Below, piece by piece: positions 37,269-47,600 of a stretch of 64,000 nt of DNA. The translations under genes and the position numbers were made by a program. The notes below the pieces were generated by a model. It saw nothing but the letters and a program-made list of their open reading frames with translations. It did not search any database and was not told where the DNA came from. The DNA is from an uncultured Porphyromonadaceae bacterium (GTDB lineage Bacteria > Bacteroidota > Bacteroidia > Bacteroidales > Muribaculaceae), in the NCBI GenBank assembly GCA_947174235.1, contig CAMWID010000002.1, positions 62,833 through 126,832 on the forward strand. Direction: 5' to 3'. The stretch's first letter is position 1; every line of letters starts with the position of its first letter.

Positions 37269-38738
37269 ATGAAATCTATATTAAGAAACGGTTTATTCGG
37301 GGTGGCAATCTCCTTTGCCTGCGCATTTACCTCATGTGGAGAATTTGAACCTACCGGCTATGATGCCGTTCCGGATCTGGCTACCGCCAACTCCCTCAAG
37401 GCGGAGGTGAACGGCCATACGATCAATGTGAGCTGGGAACTTCCTTCACGCGGAGATATATCTTCCGTGCTGTTTATAAAAAATGCTGACACATCCAATC
37501 CTGTGACACTCGCTTCCGACGCCACGTCAATTCAGGTGAAAGGTCAGCCAATGGGTGTGGAAGGTCTTTTCACGGTTAAAATTTGTTATGCCGACAGATA
37601 TGTGTCGGATGGCGTTTCTGTAACGGCAGTCCTTCCAGTTGAAGAGCTTCCGGGTGTAAGTGATCTGAAAAAAGAGATTTCCGGACGAACGGTTACCCTT
37701 AGCTGGTCATTGCCGTCGGGTGGGGATATAACCGGAGTGAGGGTGTTCCGTGACGGGAACACGGATGCCGCCATAACGTTGCCTGCAGGATCCACATCCT
37801 GCGAGCTTAAGGCGCAGCCTATGGATGTTGACATGACTTATACCGTTGAAGTGATCTATGATGAGTATTATCCTTCTGACGGAGTGTCGATCACTGCCAA
37901 GGTTCCGTATATTGCTCCTAAAATGGGATACCTGCTTCTTGCGGAGAAGTGGCAGGATCTTCCGGATGATGACGAACGCGCGGCTGCTGAATGGTTCTCC
38001 GGTCAGGAGAATGCGGAGTTTATCCGTCCGTCGCAGGTGGCAGACCTTGACGCTGACCTTTATCCTGTGGTCTGGATAGAAATAGATCGTGTCGGGCTTC
38101 CTTTGGGATGGGAGAACCTTCCATCAGAAGTGACTTCTCCGGACGTGATCGAAGCCCTTAGGTCATATTCGGCAAACGGAGGCAGTCTTTATCTCGCCAA
38201 TATGGCGACACAGCTTACGGTGCCGCTCGGAATGGTGCCTGCCGACATGGCTCCGACGGTATATGGCAACGGAGACGGAGGCACAGGCGATGACGTATGG
38301 GTGATCAATCCTTATCTCGGCTGGGATTTCAGGGATGGCAGTGACCAGGGGTTCTACGACCGCACGTCGCACGCAATCTTCAAAGACCTCGTATTGGAAG
38401 ATCCTAACAATTATGGATATGACAACCTTCCCCTTATCGGTCCCGGTCAGCGTGAAGATCATAACTGTCTGTGGGATTGCAATATTTATGGCAGAGGCAA
38501 CCAACCGGACGTAATAAGGAATTTCGAGGTCACAACCGGCTCCCTTGTACTCGCGACATGGGGACACGTAAGGGATCATTGCGTGGCGGGTCTGGTAGAG
38601 TTTTATGCCAACGGCACTCACGGCGCCTGCGTGGCAAATGGGTTCGCAGCTTATGAATGGAATCAGAACTCAGGACCCAATCCTTATAAACACAATGTGG
38701 AACAGCTCACAAAAAATATTCTTGATTATCTTAAATAA
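37269..38738 (+). CDS. SGBP lipoprotein with two tandem FN3-like repeats and DUF4960-like C-terminal domain
   Basis: Lipobox FTSC; repeats SWELPSRGDI...SDGVSVTA / SWSLPSGGDI...SDGVSITA; PDDDERAAAEWF, EDHNCLW, NILDYLK. Confidence 0.8.
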   Translation: MKSILRNGLFGVAISFACAFTSCGEFEPTGYDAVPDLATANSLKAEVNGHTINVSWELPSRGDISSVLFIKNADTSNPVTLASDATSIQVKGQPMGVEGLFTVKICYADRYVSDGVSVTAVLPVEELPGVSDLKKEISGRTVTLSWSLPSGGDITGVRVFRDGNTDAAITLPAGSTSCELKAQPMDVDMTYTVEVIYDEYYPSDGVSITAKVPYIAPKMGYLLLAEKWQDLPDDDERAAAEWFSGQENAEFIRPSQVADLDADLYPVVWIEIDRVGLPLGWENLPSEVTSPDVIEALRSYSANGGSLYLANMATQLTVPLGMVPADMAPTVYGNGDGGTGDDVWVINPYLGWDFRDGSDQGFYDRTSHAIFKDLVLEDPNNYGYDNLPLIGPGQREDHNCLWDCNIYGRGNQPDVIRNFEVTTGSLVLATWGHVRDHCVAGLVEFYANGTHGACVANGFAAYEWNQNSGPNPYKHNVEQLTKNILDYLK

Positions 38739-38743
38739 CCGCC

Positions 38744-38784
38744 CATGCCACAGGACACCGTTTCAGACGGTGTCCTGTGGCATG
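38744..38784 (+). other. Perfect 18-bp stem-loop between SGBP1 and GH32 (no U-tract)
   Basis: catgccacaggacaccgt-ttcag-acggtgtcctgtggcatg. Confidence 0.8.
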
Positions 38785-38803
38785 CAAAATAAAAAAGCTT
38801 ATA

Positions 38804-41188
38804 ATGAGGAAAAAAGCACGAATATCAATTTTATCTGCTGCAATTTTGGCATCGTTTTCTTCTCATGCTGATATTGTGGCTCATTTTTCAATGGATGTCA
38901 AAGATGGCAGGATAGAAGAGACTGTAAGCGGCGACAAATTCGAGGTTGAAGGTAATTTTGTTCCGGAGAATGTGGCGGGTGCAGTTGGAAAGGCTCTCCG
39001 TTTTGACGGATATACCTCTCATATAAAAGGTGTGTTGGGAGACATTCTTCCCACCGGATGCCGGAAAATGACTGTGTCGGCTTGGGTGGCGGTGCCATGC
39101 TATCCTATAATACAACTTGACACTGACACTTCCGAAAAAACAGCGATATTGTCGTGCCTTGATGATAAGAACAAAACCGGGTTCGGGTTTTATCTTGGAT
39201 TTGACGGAAAGTATTCTTTCCGGATGTTCATAGACGGCTGGCCTGTCAGCATCGATGTCAATTCGCCGTTGCCTACTTATCGCTGGAACAACCTTGTGGC
39301 GGTGGTCGACTGCGACTCCAAGACGGCGATATTATACAACAACGGTGAAGAAGCCGGGAGATCAAAGGTGAACGGCAGCATCTCGTTCGAGGCTTCCGAT
39401 TTTTACATGGGACAGGGTGAAGAGTCAAGAATGTCAGGGCCGTTCCAGCTGATGTCGTTCAACGGATTGATAGATGACATCTCTGTATGGGACGAAGCTC
39501 TTGAAGTGGGGGAGATACAGGGCGTCGTGCCGGAAAACGAACCTGATCTTGATATCCCTGCATCCCGTTTTGCGGACGATATATTGCGTCCGAGATTTCA
39601 CGGTATGCCTGCAGCAGGATGGACAAACGAATGCCACGGGATGTATTATTCGGATGGACGCTATCATCTGTTTTTCCAGAAAAACGGGGATGGCCCGTAT
39701 ATGGCGAGACTGCACTGGGGACATATTTCGAGTGAGAATCTGTATGACTGGCGCGAAGAAAAGATCGCGCTGGCTCCAGGCGAATGGTATGACATAAAAG
39801 GATGTTGGAGCGGCTGTGTGTTTTCTGACGATGTTATTACCGGCGGGGTTCCGAACGCCATATATACTGCAGTGGATTATTCCAAAGCGATGATAGCGCA
39901 GGCAGCTCCTGAAGATGCGTCTCTTGACAACTGGACTAAACTCGGATCCAATCCAATAATAAACGGACGTCCGTCTGGATTGTCGGATGACATAAGGGAT
40001 CCATATTTTTTCCGTGACGGAGACAACGCTTACATAATTGTCGGAACCTCGAAAGACGGGGTGGGAGCCGCCACACTCCATCGGTATGATGTGTCTTCAG
40101 GGAGGTGGAGCAATAACGGAGACATGTTTTATACCGGAACGTCGCTGTCGCAGGATGGACGTTTCTGGGAGATGCCTAATATCACACGTATGCCGGACGG
40201 ACGCTGGCTGTTCACCGCGACCCCTCTTGAGACAATGCAGGGGGTACGTACATTGTATTGGGTAGGGAATATCAGCAGTGAAGGAAAATTTGTACCTGAT
40301 CCGGATTTTTCTACCCCCGGACTCGTCGAGATGAACTCAAAGGAAGGATTCGGAATGTTGTCACCCACAATATATCAACATGACGGAAAGACGATAGTAT
40401 TGGGTATCGTGCCTGATAAATTGGGCTCTGTGACTAATTGGAATCTTGGATGGGCACATTGCTATTCGTTGCCGAGAGAATGGAGTCTCGCCGGCGACGG
40501 TACCCTTTTGCAAAAGCCGTATGAAGGGCTGAGCGGTCTGCGTACATCGGTGATGTATTCACGCGAAGGCTTTGATCTCGAAGGGTCAGAAGATCTTTCC
40601 CCGGTAGAGGGGAGATCAGTAGAGTTGTGCGGTGTGTTTGAAGTAGGATCATCTCCGTTCGGATTCCGAATCTTCAAGAATGGTTCCTCTTCCGCCGACA
40701 TCACGTATGATCCCGCCTCGGGTGAGCTTGTGGCTGATTTCAGCCGGATACAGAGACTCGTGAATGACGGAGGGGTATATGACGGGGTGTACCGGTGTCC
40801 GCTTCAGGAAAAACCGAAGTCGGGAGATGATTTAAAAATCAATGTATTCATAGACCATTCGATATTGGATATATTTGTCAACGACAGATATGCCACATCG
40901 ATAAGAGTGTTTCCCACAGACAGTGATGCCGACGGAATAGAGGCTTATGCCTTATCACCGGTAAAGGTAAAAGATCTGAAGGCGTGGATTCTGGATGTGG
41001 ACAGTGGCTCTTCAGGCATAAATCAGGTGTATGGAGATAATGGCTCCGGTGGCGCCAAGAAAGTCGATGTCTATAATCTTTCCGGAATCAGGCTGCCTTC
41101 GCAGGTTGATTCCGGGTCAGCGACGGAAGGTCTTCCTGCCGGAATCTATATAGTAGGAGGACGCAAGGTGATTGTGGATAGCATTTGA
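38804..41188 (+). CDS. Multidomain GH32: LamG/ConA-like N-terminus, GH32 catalytic and C-terminal domains, T9SS-type C-terminal signal
   Basis: Signal peptide; GKALRFDGY, WNNLVAV, FNGLIDDISVW (LamG-like); WTNECHG, RDPY, WEMP; FIDHSILDIF; tail VYNLSGIRL...GLPAGIYIVGGRKVIV. Confidence 0.85.
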   Translation: MRKKARISILSAAILASFSSHADIVAHFSMDVKDGRIEETVSGDKFEVEGNFVPENVAGAVGKALRFDGYTSHIKGVLGDILPTGCRKMTVSAWVAVPCYPIIQLDTDTSEKTAILSCLDDKNKTGFGFYLGFDGKYSFRMFIDGWPVSIDVNSPLPTYRWNNLVAVVDCDSKTAILYNNGEEAGRSKVNGSISFEASDFYMGQGEESRMSGPFQLMSFNGLIDDISVWDEALEVGEIQGVVPENEPDLDIPASRFADDILRPRFHGMPAAGWTNECHGMYYSDGRYHLFFQKNGDGPYMARLHWGHISSENLYDWREEKIALAPGEWYDIKGCWSGCVFSDDVITGGVPNAIYTAVDYSKAMIAQAAPEDASLDNWTKLGSNPIINGRPSGLSDDIRDPYFFRDGDNAYIIVGTSKDGVGAATLHRYDVSSGRWSNNGDMFYTGTSLSQDGRFWEMPNITRMPDGRWLFTATPLETMQGVRTLYWVGNISSEGKFVPDPDFSTPGLVEMNSKEGFGMLSPTIYQHDGKTIVLGIVPDKLGSVTNWNLGWAHCYSLPREWSLAGDGTLLQKPYEGLSGLRTSVMYSREGFDLEGSEDLSPVEGRSVELCGVFEVGSSPFGFRIFKNGSSSADITYDPASGELVADFSRIQRLVNDGGVYDGVYRCPLQEKPKSGDDLKINVFIDHSILDIFVNDRYATSIRVFPTDSDADGIEAYALSPVKVKDLKAWILDVDSGSSGINQVYGDNGSGGAKKVDVYNLSGIRLPSQVDSGSATEGLPAGIYIVGGRKVIVDSI

Positions 41189-41329
41189 GCGTGGGTCTTA
41201 AAACGTATGCGGGATTTTGTCAAAATGAAGAGACAAGATCCCGTTTTTTTATGCCATTAATTTGACTGTCCGGGATAAAAGAATTATTTTTGCAGAGCAG
41301 TTTATGACAATCAGAGACTTCTGTACTAT

Positions 41330-44083
41330 ATGAAAAATTCCAATATACTTTCATTCATATTATTTATATTTCTGACAGCTATTTTTTCTCCCGGATGTGG
41401 AAGAGGCAGCCATAAAAAATTCAGAGTAGGGGTGTCACAGTGCAGTGGTGATTATTGGCGCTCAAAGATTAATGAAGATATTCAGAGGGAGCTATTGTTT
41501 CATGATGATGTGGAGATCGAGATAAGGTCGGCAGATAATGACAACGTCCGCCAAGAGGCTGATATCCGATATTTCATGGACAACGGTTTTGACCTTATAA
41601 TCGTGTCGCCCAATGAGGCGGCTCCTCTGACACCTGTTGTCAGCGAAGCTTTCAAAAAAGGGATACCTGTCGTGACGTTCGACCGCAGGGTGGAAGGCGA
41701 TGATTTCACAGCCCATATGGAGGTTGACAATTACGAACTTGGAAAGTCAGTGGCACAGTATGCCTGTTCTCTGATAAAGCACCCCTTAAGGGTGATAGAG
41801 ATTCAGGGCAAGAGGAGCACCTCTCCCGCTATAAGACGGCACGAGGGTTTCATGGATGAGATTCAAAAGTATCCCCATGCGAGTGTTTTGGCGAGTCCGG
41901 AGGGTAACTGGAGCGATGTAGAGGCGGAACGTCTCACGGATTCATTGCTTGATATATATCCTGAAACCAATCTTATATATGCACATACAGACTTTATGGC
42001 TATCGGGGCATCGAAAGCAGTGGATAGGGCAGGAAGAAATGATATATATATCATTGGAATCGATGGGTTCCCCGACGATGGAATCCGAGCTGTAAAGGAG
42101 GGGAGAATGACCGCCTCTTTTCTATATCCGACAGAAGGGGAACGGATTTTGAGAATAGCTATGGCAATTCTCAACGGCGAGAAGTATGAGAGGATCACGC
42201 AGGTGCCGCCATTGTCGGCGGTTGATAAAACCAATGCGGATATCATCCTGTCACAAGACTCGCTCCTCACAAGCGAGACCGCAAAAATTAATCTCTTGCG
42301 AAGTCAGCTTGACGAATATTGGAACCGTCACTCCATGCAGACTCTCCTGTTGTATGCCGTTATCGTGATCATGCTTCTTCTGGGAGGGCTGATTTTTGTA
42401 TTGCTGAAGACAGTAAATTCCAACCGCAGGCACCAGAAAACGCTGGAACAAAAGAACACTCAGCTTGAGACAGAGCAAGAGAAACAGAAAATGCTTTATG
42501 AAAGACTTGAGGAGGCGACACGGTCAAAACTGGTATTCTTTACAAACGTGAGTCATGACCTCCGGACTCCGCTGACTTTGATCTCAGGACCTGTTGAACA
42601 ATTGGCGGAAGCTGATTATCTCACGCCCCGTGACAAATCGCTGATGCTTATGGCACGTAAGAATGTGAATATTCTCGGCAGGCTTATAAATCAGATTCTT
42701 GATTTCAGGAAATATGAAAACGGCAAGACTGATCTTGTCCTTTCAGAGGTGGATCTGCCAAAGTTGATCGAAGAATGGGTCGAGGCTTTCAGGGAGATGG
42801 GGAATAAAAGAGATATAAGGCTCGTTTCAGACATCTGCCGCTCCGGTTCGGGAATGACAGCGGTGGATGTGGAGAAGATGGAAAGGGTCTTTTTCAACCT
42901 TATGAGCAATGCTTTCAAACATACACCCGACAACGGGGTCATAAAAGTGGCATATTCAACCGACGGAAGTTCTGTTTCTATTTCAGTCAAAGACAACGGG
43001 GAAGGGATATCCAAAGAGGACTGCGGCAGGATATTCGACCGTTTTTTTCAGGCGGATAAGGAAAGACCGAAAGGCTCGGGAATCGGTCTTGCATTGACAA
43101 AGGCATTTGTGGAACTGCATGGCGGCATGATATCCGTGGATAGCGAGAAAGGTCGCGGGAGTGAATTTGTCGTGACAATTCCCGTGCGCCACTGTGACAT
43201 GAAGGCGGGTAGTGTGATTCCTGCAACCGTCACCAGGTCGGATATAGAGGCGGAGTTGTCGTTTGCCGAAGATGATACTGAAAAGTTTGATTCCGATAAA
43301 CCGATCATACTTGTCATAGATGACAACCGTGACATACGCCGGATGATAAGGGATCTGCTGGAGGACAGCTATAATATCATCCATGCCGGGGATGGGTTTC
43401 AGGGCGTCAGAATGGCGGTGAAGTATGTGCCTGATCTGATTATATGTGACGTTATGATGCCGGAGATGGACGGTATGGAATGCGTACGTCGTATAAAGGA
43501 TGAGGTTTCCACGTCTCATATTCCTGTCCTCATGCTGACTGCCTGCACTCTTGACGAGCAGCGGGCGGAAGGGTATGACAACGGTGCCGACGGTTATTTG
43601 TCGAAGCCGTTCAGCGGTTCAGTCCTTGCGGCAAGATGTCGCAATCTTCTCCTCAACCGGAAACGAATAAGCGATCTCTATAAAAACGGGGTATCACACC
43701 CGATAGCCGGGAAGGATAAGACCCGGTTGCCACAGTCAGGGATCAAAACGCCGAATGATGTGGAGAGTGAATTTTATTCCGGATTTGTAAAAATAGTGAC
43801 ATCACGTCTTTCCGACACGAGTCTGAATATTGAGGAGATCGCGTCAGAGATGGGATTAAGCCAGTCACAGTTTACAAGGAAAATAAAAGCCCTCACCAAT
43901 TATACACCGGTTGAAATAATCCGAAAAATGCGTCTTAAAAAAGCGAAAACACTTCTTGCCGGCACCGAGAAGACTGTCGGTGAAATTGCTTTTGAGGTAG
44001 GGTTTAATTCTCTTGCATATTTTTCTAAATGTTACAAGGAAGAGTTCGGCATATCTCCTTCGGAGCTCCGAGGAAAGAAATAG
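41330..44083 (+). CDS. Hybrid two-component system 2, paralog of HTCS1
   Basis: RVGVSQCSGDYWR sensor; FFTNVSHDLRTPL; CDVMMP; EVGFNSLAYFSKCY. Confidence 0.93.
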   Translation: MKNSNILSFILFIFLTAIFSPGCGRGSHKKFRVGVSQCSGDYWRSKINEDIQRELLFHDDVEIEIRSADNDNVRQEADIRYFMDNGFDLIIVSPNEAAPLTPVVSEAFKKGIPVVTFDRRVEGDDFTAHMEVDNYELGKSVAQYACSLIKHPLRVIEIQGKRSTSPAIRRHEGFMDEIQKYPHASVLASPEGNWSDVEAERLTDSLLDIYPETNLIYAHTDFMAIGASKAVDRAGRNDIYIIGIDGFPDDGIRAVKEGRMTASFLYPTEGERILRIAMAILNGEKYERITQVPPLSAVDKTNADIILSQDSLLTSETAKINLLRSQLDEYWNRHSMQTLLLYAVIVIMLLLGGLIFVLLKTVNSNRRHQKTLEQKNTQLETEQEKQKMLYERLEEATRSKLVFFTNVSHDLRTPLTLISGPVEQLAEADYLTPRDKSLMLMARKNVNILGRLINQILDFRKYENGKTDLVLSEVDLPKLIEEWVEAFREMGNKRDIRLVSDICRSGSGMTAVDVEKMERVFFNLMSNAFKHTPDNGVIKVAYSTDGSSVSISVKDNGEGISKEDCGRIFDRFFQADKERPKGSGIGLALTKAFVELHGGMISVDSEKGRGSEFVVTIPVRHCDMKAGSVIPATVTRSDIEAELSFAEDDTEKFDSDKPIILVIDDNRDIRRMIRDLLEDSYNIIHAGDGFQGVRMAVKYVPDLIICDVMMPEMDGMECVRRIKDEVSTSHIPVLMLTACTLDEQRAEGYDNGADGYLSKPFSGSVLAARCRNLLLNRKRISDLYKNGVSHPIAGKDKTRLPQSGIKTPNDVESEFYSGFVKIVTSRLSDTSLNIEEIASEMGLSQSQFTRKIKALTNYTPVEIIRKMRLKKAKTLLAGTEKTVGEIAFEVGFNSLAYFSKCYKEEFGISPSELRGKK

Positions 44084-44511
44084 CCTTGTAATTCATGATA
44101 TTTATTTCCGATTTGCGCTGTAAAAAATGATGCGCGGATATAAAAAATGTTGACTCATATAATATATATGTATTGACATATAGTATTTTATATGCGACGC
44201 TTCAATGTTTTTCCATGCTTCATGACCGGATGCGGTGGCAAGCGGACCAAAGTGTGCGGGCAAGTTGCCAGGCAGTTATATATTCATTATTTATATCTTT
44301 TATACCACTGAGGGAAACAGTAAGAAATTTCTCAATGTCTTCATAATTTGTCGCCTTTAAGATATTGTTTTGTAGGAATATCTATAAGGATATTTTTGAA
44401 TCCGGGCGGTATTGTTTATAAAAAATCAGCAAACATTTGAACAATATGGGAATGTTCAGAAAAATTATGGGGTAGCCAACATATGTTATATGCCATGATT
44501 TGGAGACGGCA

Positions 44512-44672
44512 TTAATTTTGCGGCAGAATTTTAACCAAAACTAACATAACATGAAAAAAGAAATCCTCAGCGCACTCATGATCCTTTTCACGGCGGTCAT
44601 GATGCAGGCACAGGAGATCACTGTGCAGGGAAAGGTGATTTCGCGTGTGGACGACGAGCCGCTGATCGGCGC
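44512..44672 (+). repeat. 161-bp perfect direct repeat, copy 2 (-7 element, 5'UTR, first 40 codons of susC2)
   Basis: Identical to 32471-32631. Confidence 0.95.
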
Positions 44673-47600
44673 CACCGTGAGATGTGTGGACAGTAACAAA
44701 GGCACCGCCACCGACATCGAAGGCGGATTTACCATCAATGTTCCGGAGGGGGCTCTTCTGACGGTATCTTATGTAGGTTATAAGACCGTCGAGGTAAAAG
44801 CCGAACCGGAAATGACTATTTATCTTGACGAAGACACAGGGCTTCTTGATGAGCTCGTTGTTGTAGGCTACCAGACCATGAAAAAGGCCGACCTCACAGG
44901 CGCGGTTTCCGTGGTATCGACCAAATCTCTCGAGACCTCTTCCGACAGCGATCCGATGCGTGCGCTTCAAGGGAAAGTTCCGGGCATGACAGTGACAGCC
45001 AACGGCTCGCCAAGCGGCACCGGGTCTGTAAGAATAAGGGGTATCGGGTCGTTTAATGCCTCTCAGGATCCTCTGTTCGTGATTGATGGCGTACCGACAA
45101 CCGCCACCTTAAATTCATTGAACATGAATGACATCGAGAGCATGCAGGTGCTCAAGGATGCCGCATCGGCTTCAATCTATGGATCCCGAGCCGCTAACGG
45201 TGTCATCATAATCACGACCAAAAAAGGTAAAAATTCGGGGAGTGACAAAGTCAATGTCAGTTTTTCAGCTAATTTCTCGACACAGTTTTATTCTTCGCAA
45301 TCGAAAATGAAGCTTCTCAACACGCCGGAATACGCCACTGCAATGGCGCAGGCGGCTCTCAACGATGGTCTTGATCCCGCTGCGTATGCGTCGAGCTACG
45401 GACTTAACCTCAACGCCACCAGCGGCTATCCTATCAAGGTCTATGACATCGCTACAGGAGAATACCGCAATTACAAGGTCAACGGCTATTACGACGGTTA
45501 TATCAACAACAAACGCACGATGCTGATGTCAAATACCGACTGGCTTGACGAAATATCGCGCACCGGATTCTCTCAGCATTATGACATATCGGTATCAAAA
45601 GCTACTGAAAAGGGCACTTCTTTCTTCTCATTGGGCTATAAGAAAAACGAGGGTATTCTTAAGTATACCAATTTTGAAAATATCGCGGCGCGTATCAACA
45701 CATCCTACAATATATCAAAGGTTGTGACCGTAGGTGAGAATTTCACGCTGACATATACAGACCAGGTGGATTGCCAGCCTCTTGAAAACGCGCTGAAGAT
45801 GCCCTCCTCAATCCCTGTGTTCGAGATAGACGGCACAACTTACGCAGGTCCTGTGGGAAGTATGGCAGACCGTCAGAACCCGCTCCGTGAATTGGCGTTC
45901 AACAAAGACAACGCCCTGAATGTATGGCGTCTTTTCGGAAATGCATATGTCGATCTTAAACCGGTGAAAGGTTTGCTGCTCCGTTCAAATTTTGGTCTTG
46001 ACTATGACGCCGCCTTCATCCATTCCTACAATTATACGTTCCATAGCGACATTGTGAACAATGACACCAATTCAACCACCCTGTCGCAGGCAAACGATGC
46101 GAAATGGACATGGACAAATACCGCCAACTATAATTTCACATTAAACAACGATCACAATTTCATTGTGCTCGCCGGTATGGAAATGTTCCGCCAGAGCAGA
46201 ATAGATTTCTCGGCATATAACGAGAACTATGACATAGAGACTCCGGACTATATGTATCCGGACGCGTCCTCGGGAGTGGAAAGGGCAACCGGCAACAAGT
46301 CGGCATATGCGCTCGTGTCATATTTCGGCAAAGTGGATTATAACTGGAAAGATCTCCTTCTCGCTTCGTTCACAATCCGTCATGACGGCTCCTCAAGATT
46401 CGGAAGCAACAACCGTTACGGTACATTCCCTGCAGCCACCCTTGGTTACCGTCTCTCAGAGAATATCAACAAATCATGGCTTGATGATCTTAAGATACGT
46501 CTCTCATGGGGTAAGACCGGTAACCAGGCAATTTCCAACACGGCACGTTATGCCCTCTATATCGCTGACTATGGCAACGACCGCGTGACCTCTACCGCCT
46601 ATGACCTTCTTCTCCAGCAGAGCGGCATTTTCCCTTCGGGATATTATGCGAGCCAGACCGCCAATCCGAACCTCAAATGGGAAACAACAATACAGTATAA
46701 CGCGGGCGTGGATTTCGGTCTGTTCAGAAACAGGCTCACCGGATCTGTTGACGCATATATCAAAGATGTAAAGGATATGCTTATCATCCCCGCATATCTC
46801 GGATCTATGGGTGAGGGAGGCGCGTCATGGCTCAACGGTCCGTCGCTCAGAAACTGGGGTATGGAGTTCCAGGCATCTTGGAGAGACGAGCTTGCATGCG
46901 GACTCGGTTATCGCGCGTCGCTGAACCTTGACTTCTTCCGCAACCGCGTCACGTATCTTCCTTCTACCACAACCGGTTCATATGTACACACCACGACAGA
47001 GAATCTTGTGCAGTCGAAACGTCCGTTCGGATCAATCGTCGGTTATGTGTTTGACGGTCTTTTCCAGAATCAGGAGGAGGTGCTCGCCTATGGACAGGAC
47101 AACGCAAGGGTAGGAGGCATGAGATATGCCGACCTTAACGGCGACGGGAAGATCACGGCTGATGACCAGACATGGATTTTCAATCCGGTTCCCGATCTTT
47201 CGTTCGGTCTTAATGTGGAATTGAATTACAAGAATTTCGATTTCCAGATGTTCTGGCAGGGTGTGCTCGGACAGGATGTCTACAACAACCAGAAATTCCA
47301 GAATGATTTCTGGAGCGTCACAGACGCAGGCAGCAACAAAGGTGTACGTGTGCTTGACGCATGGCTTCCCGAAGTAAACACGAAATCGACAATACCGATG
47401 CTTACCACAAACAACAAAGGTGACGAGGGGAGAGCCTCATCCTACTTTGTGGAGAATGGTTCGTATGGAAAACTGAGAACTCTTCAGATCGGTTACAATC
47501 TTCCGTCGACAGTACTGGAGAGACTTCGCATGAGCAAGGCGAGAGTCTACGTCTCAGGGCAGAACCTTCTTACAATAAAGAGCTCCAGCCTTACTTGTAC

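Noticed and set aside
32471-44672. susC shufflon or invertible phase-variation system
   Set aside because: The repeats are direct, not inverted, and no tyrosine or serine recombinase gene is in the window, so inversion is not possible. Only deletion, amplification or conversion is supported.
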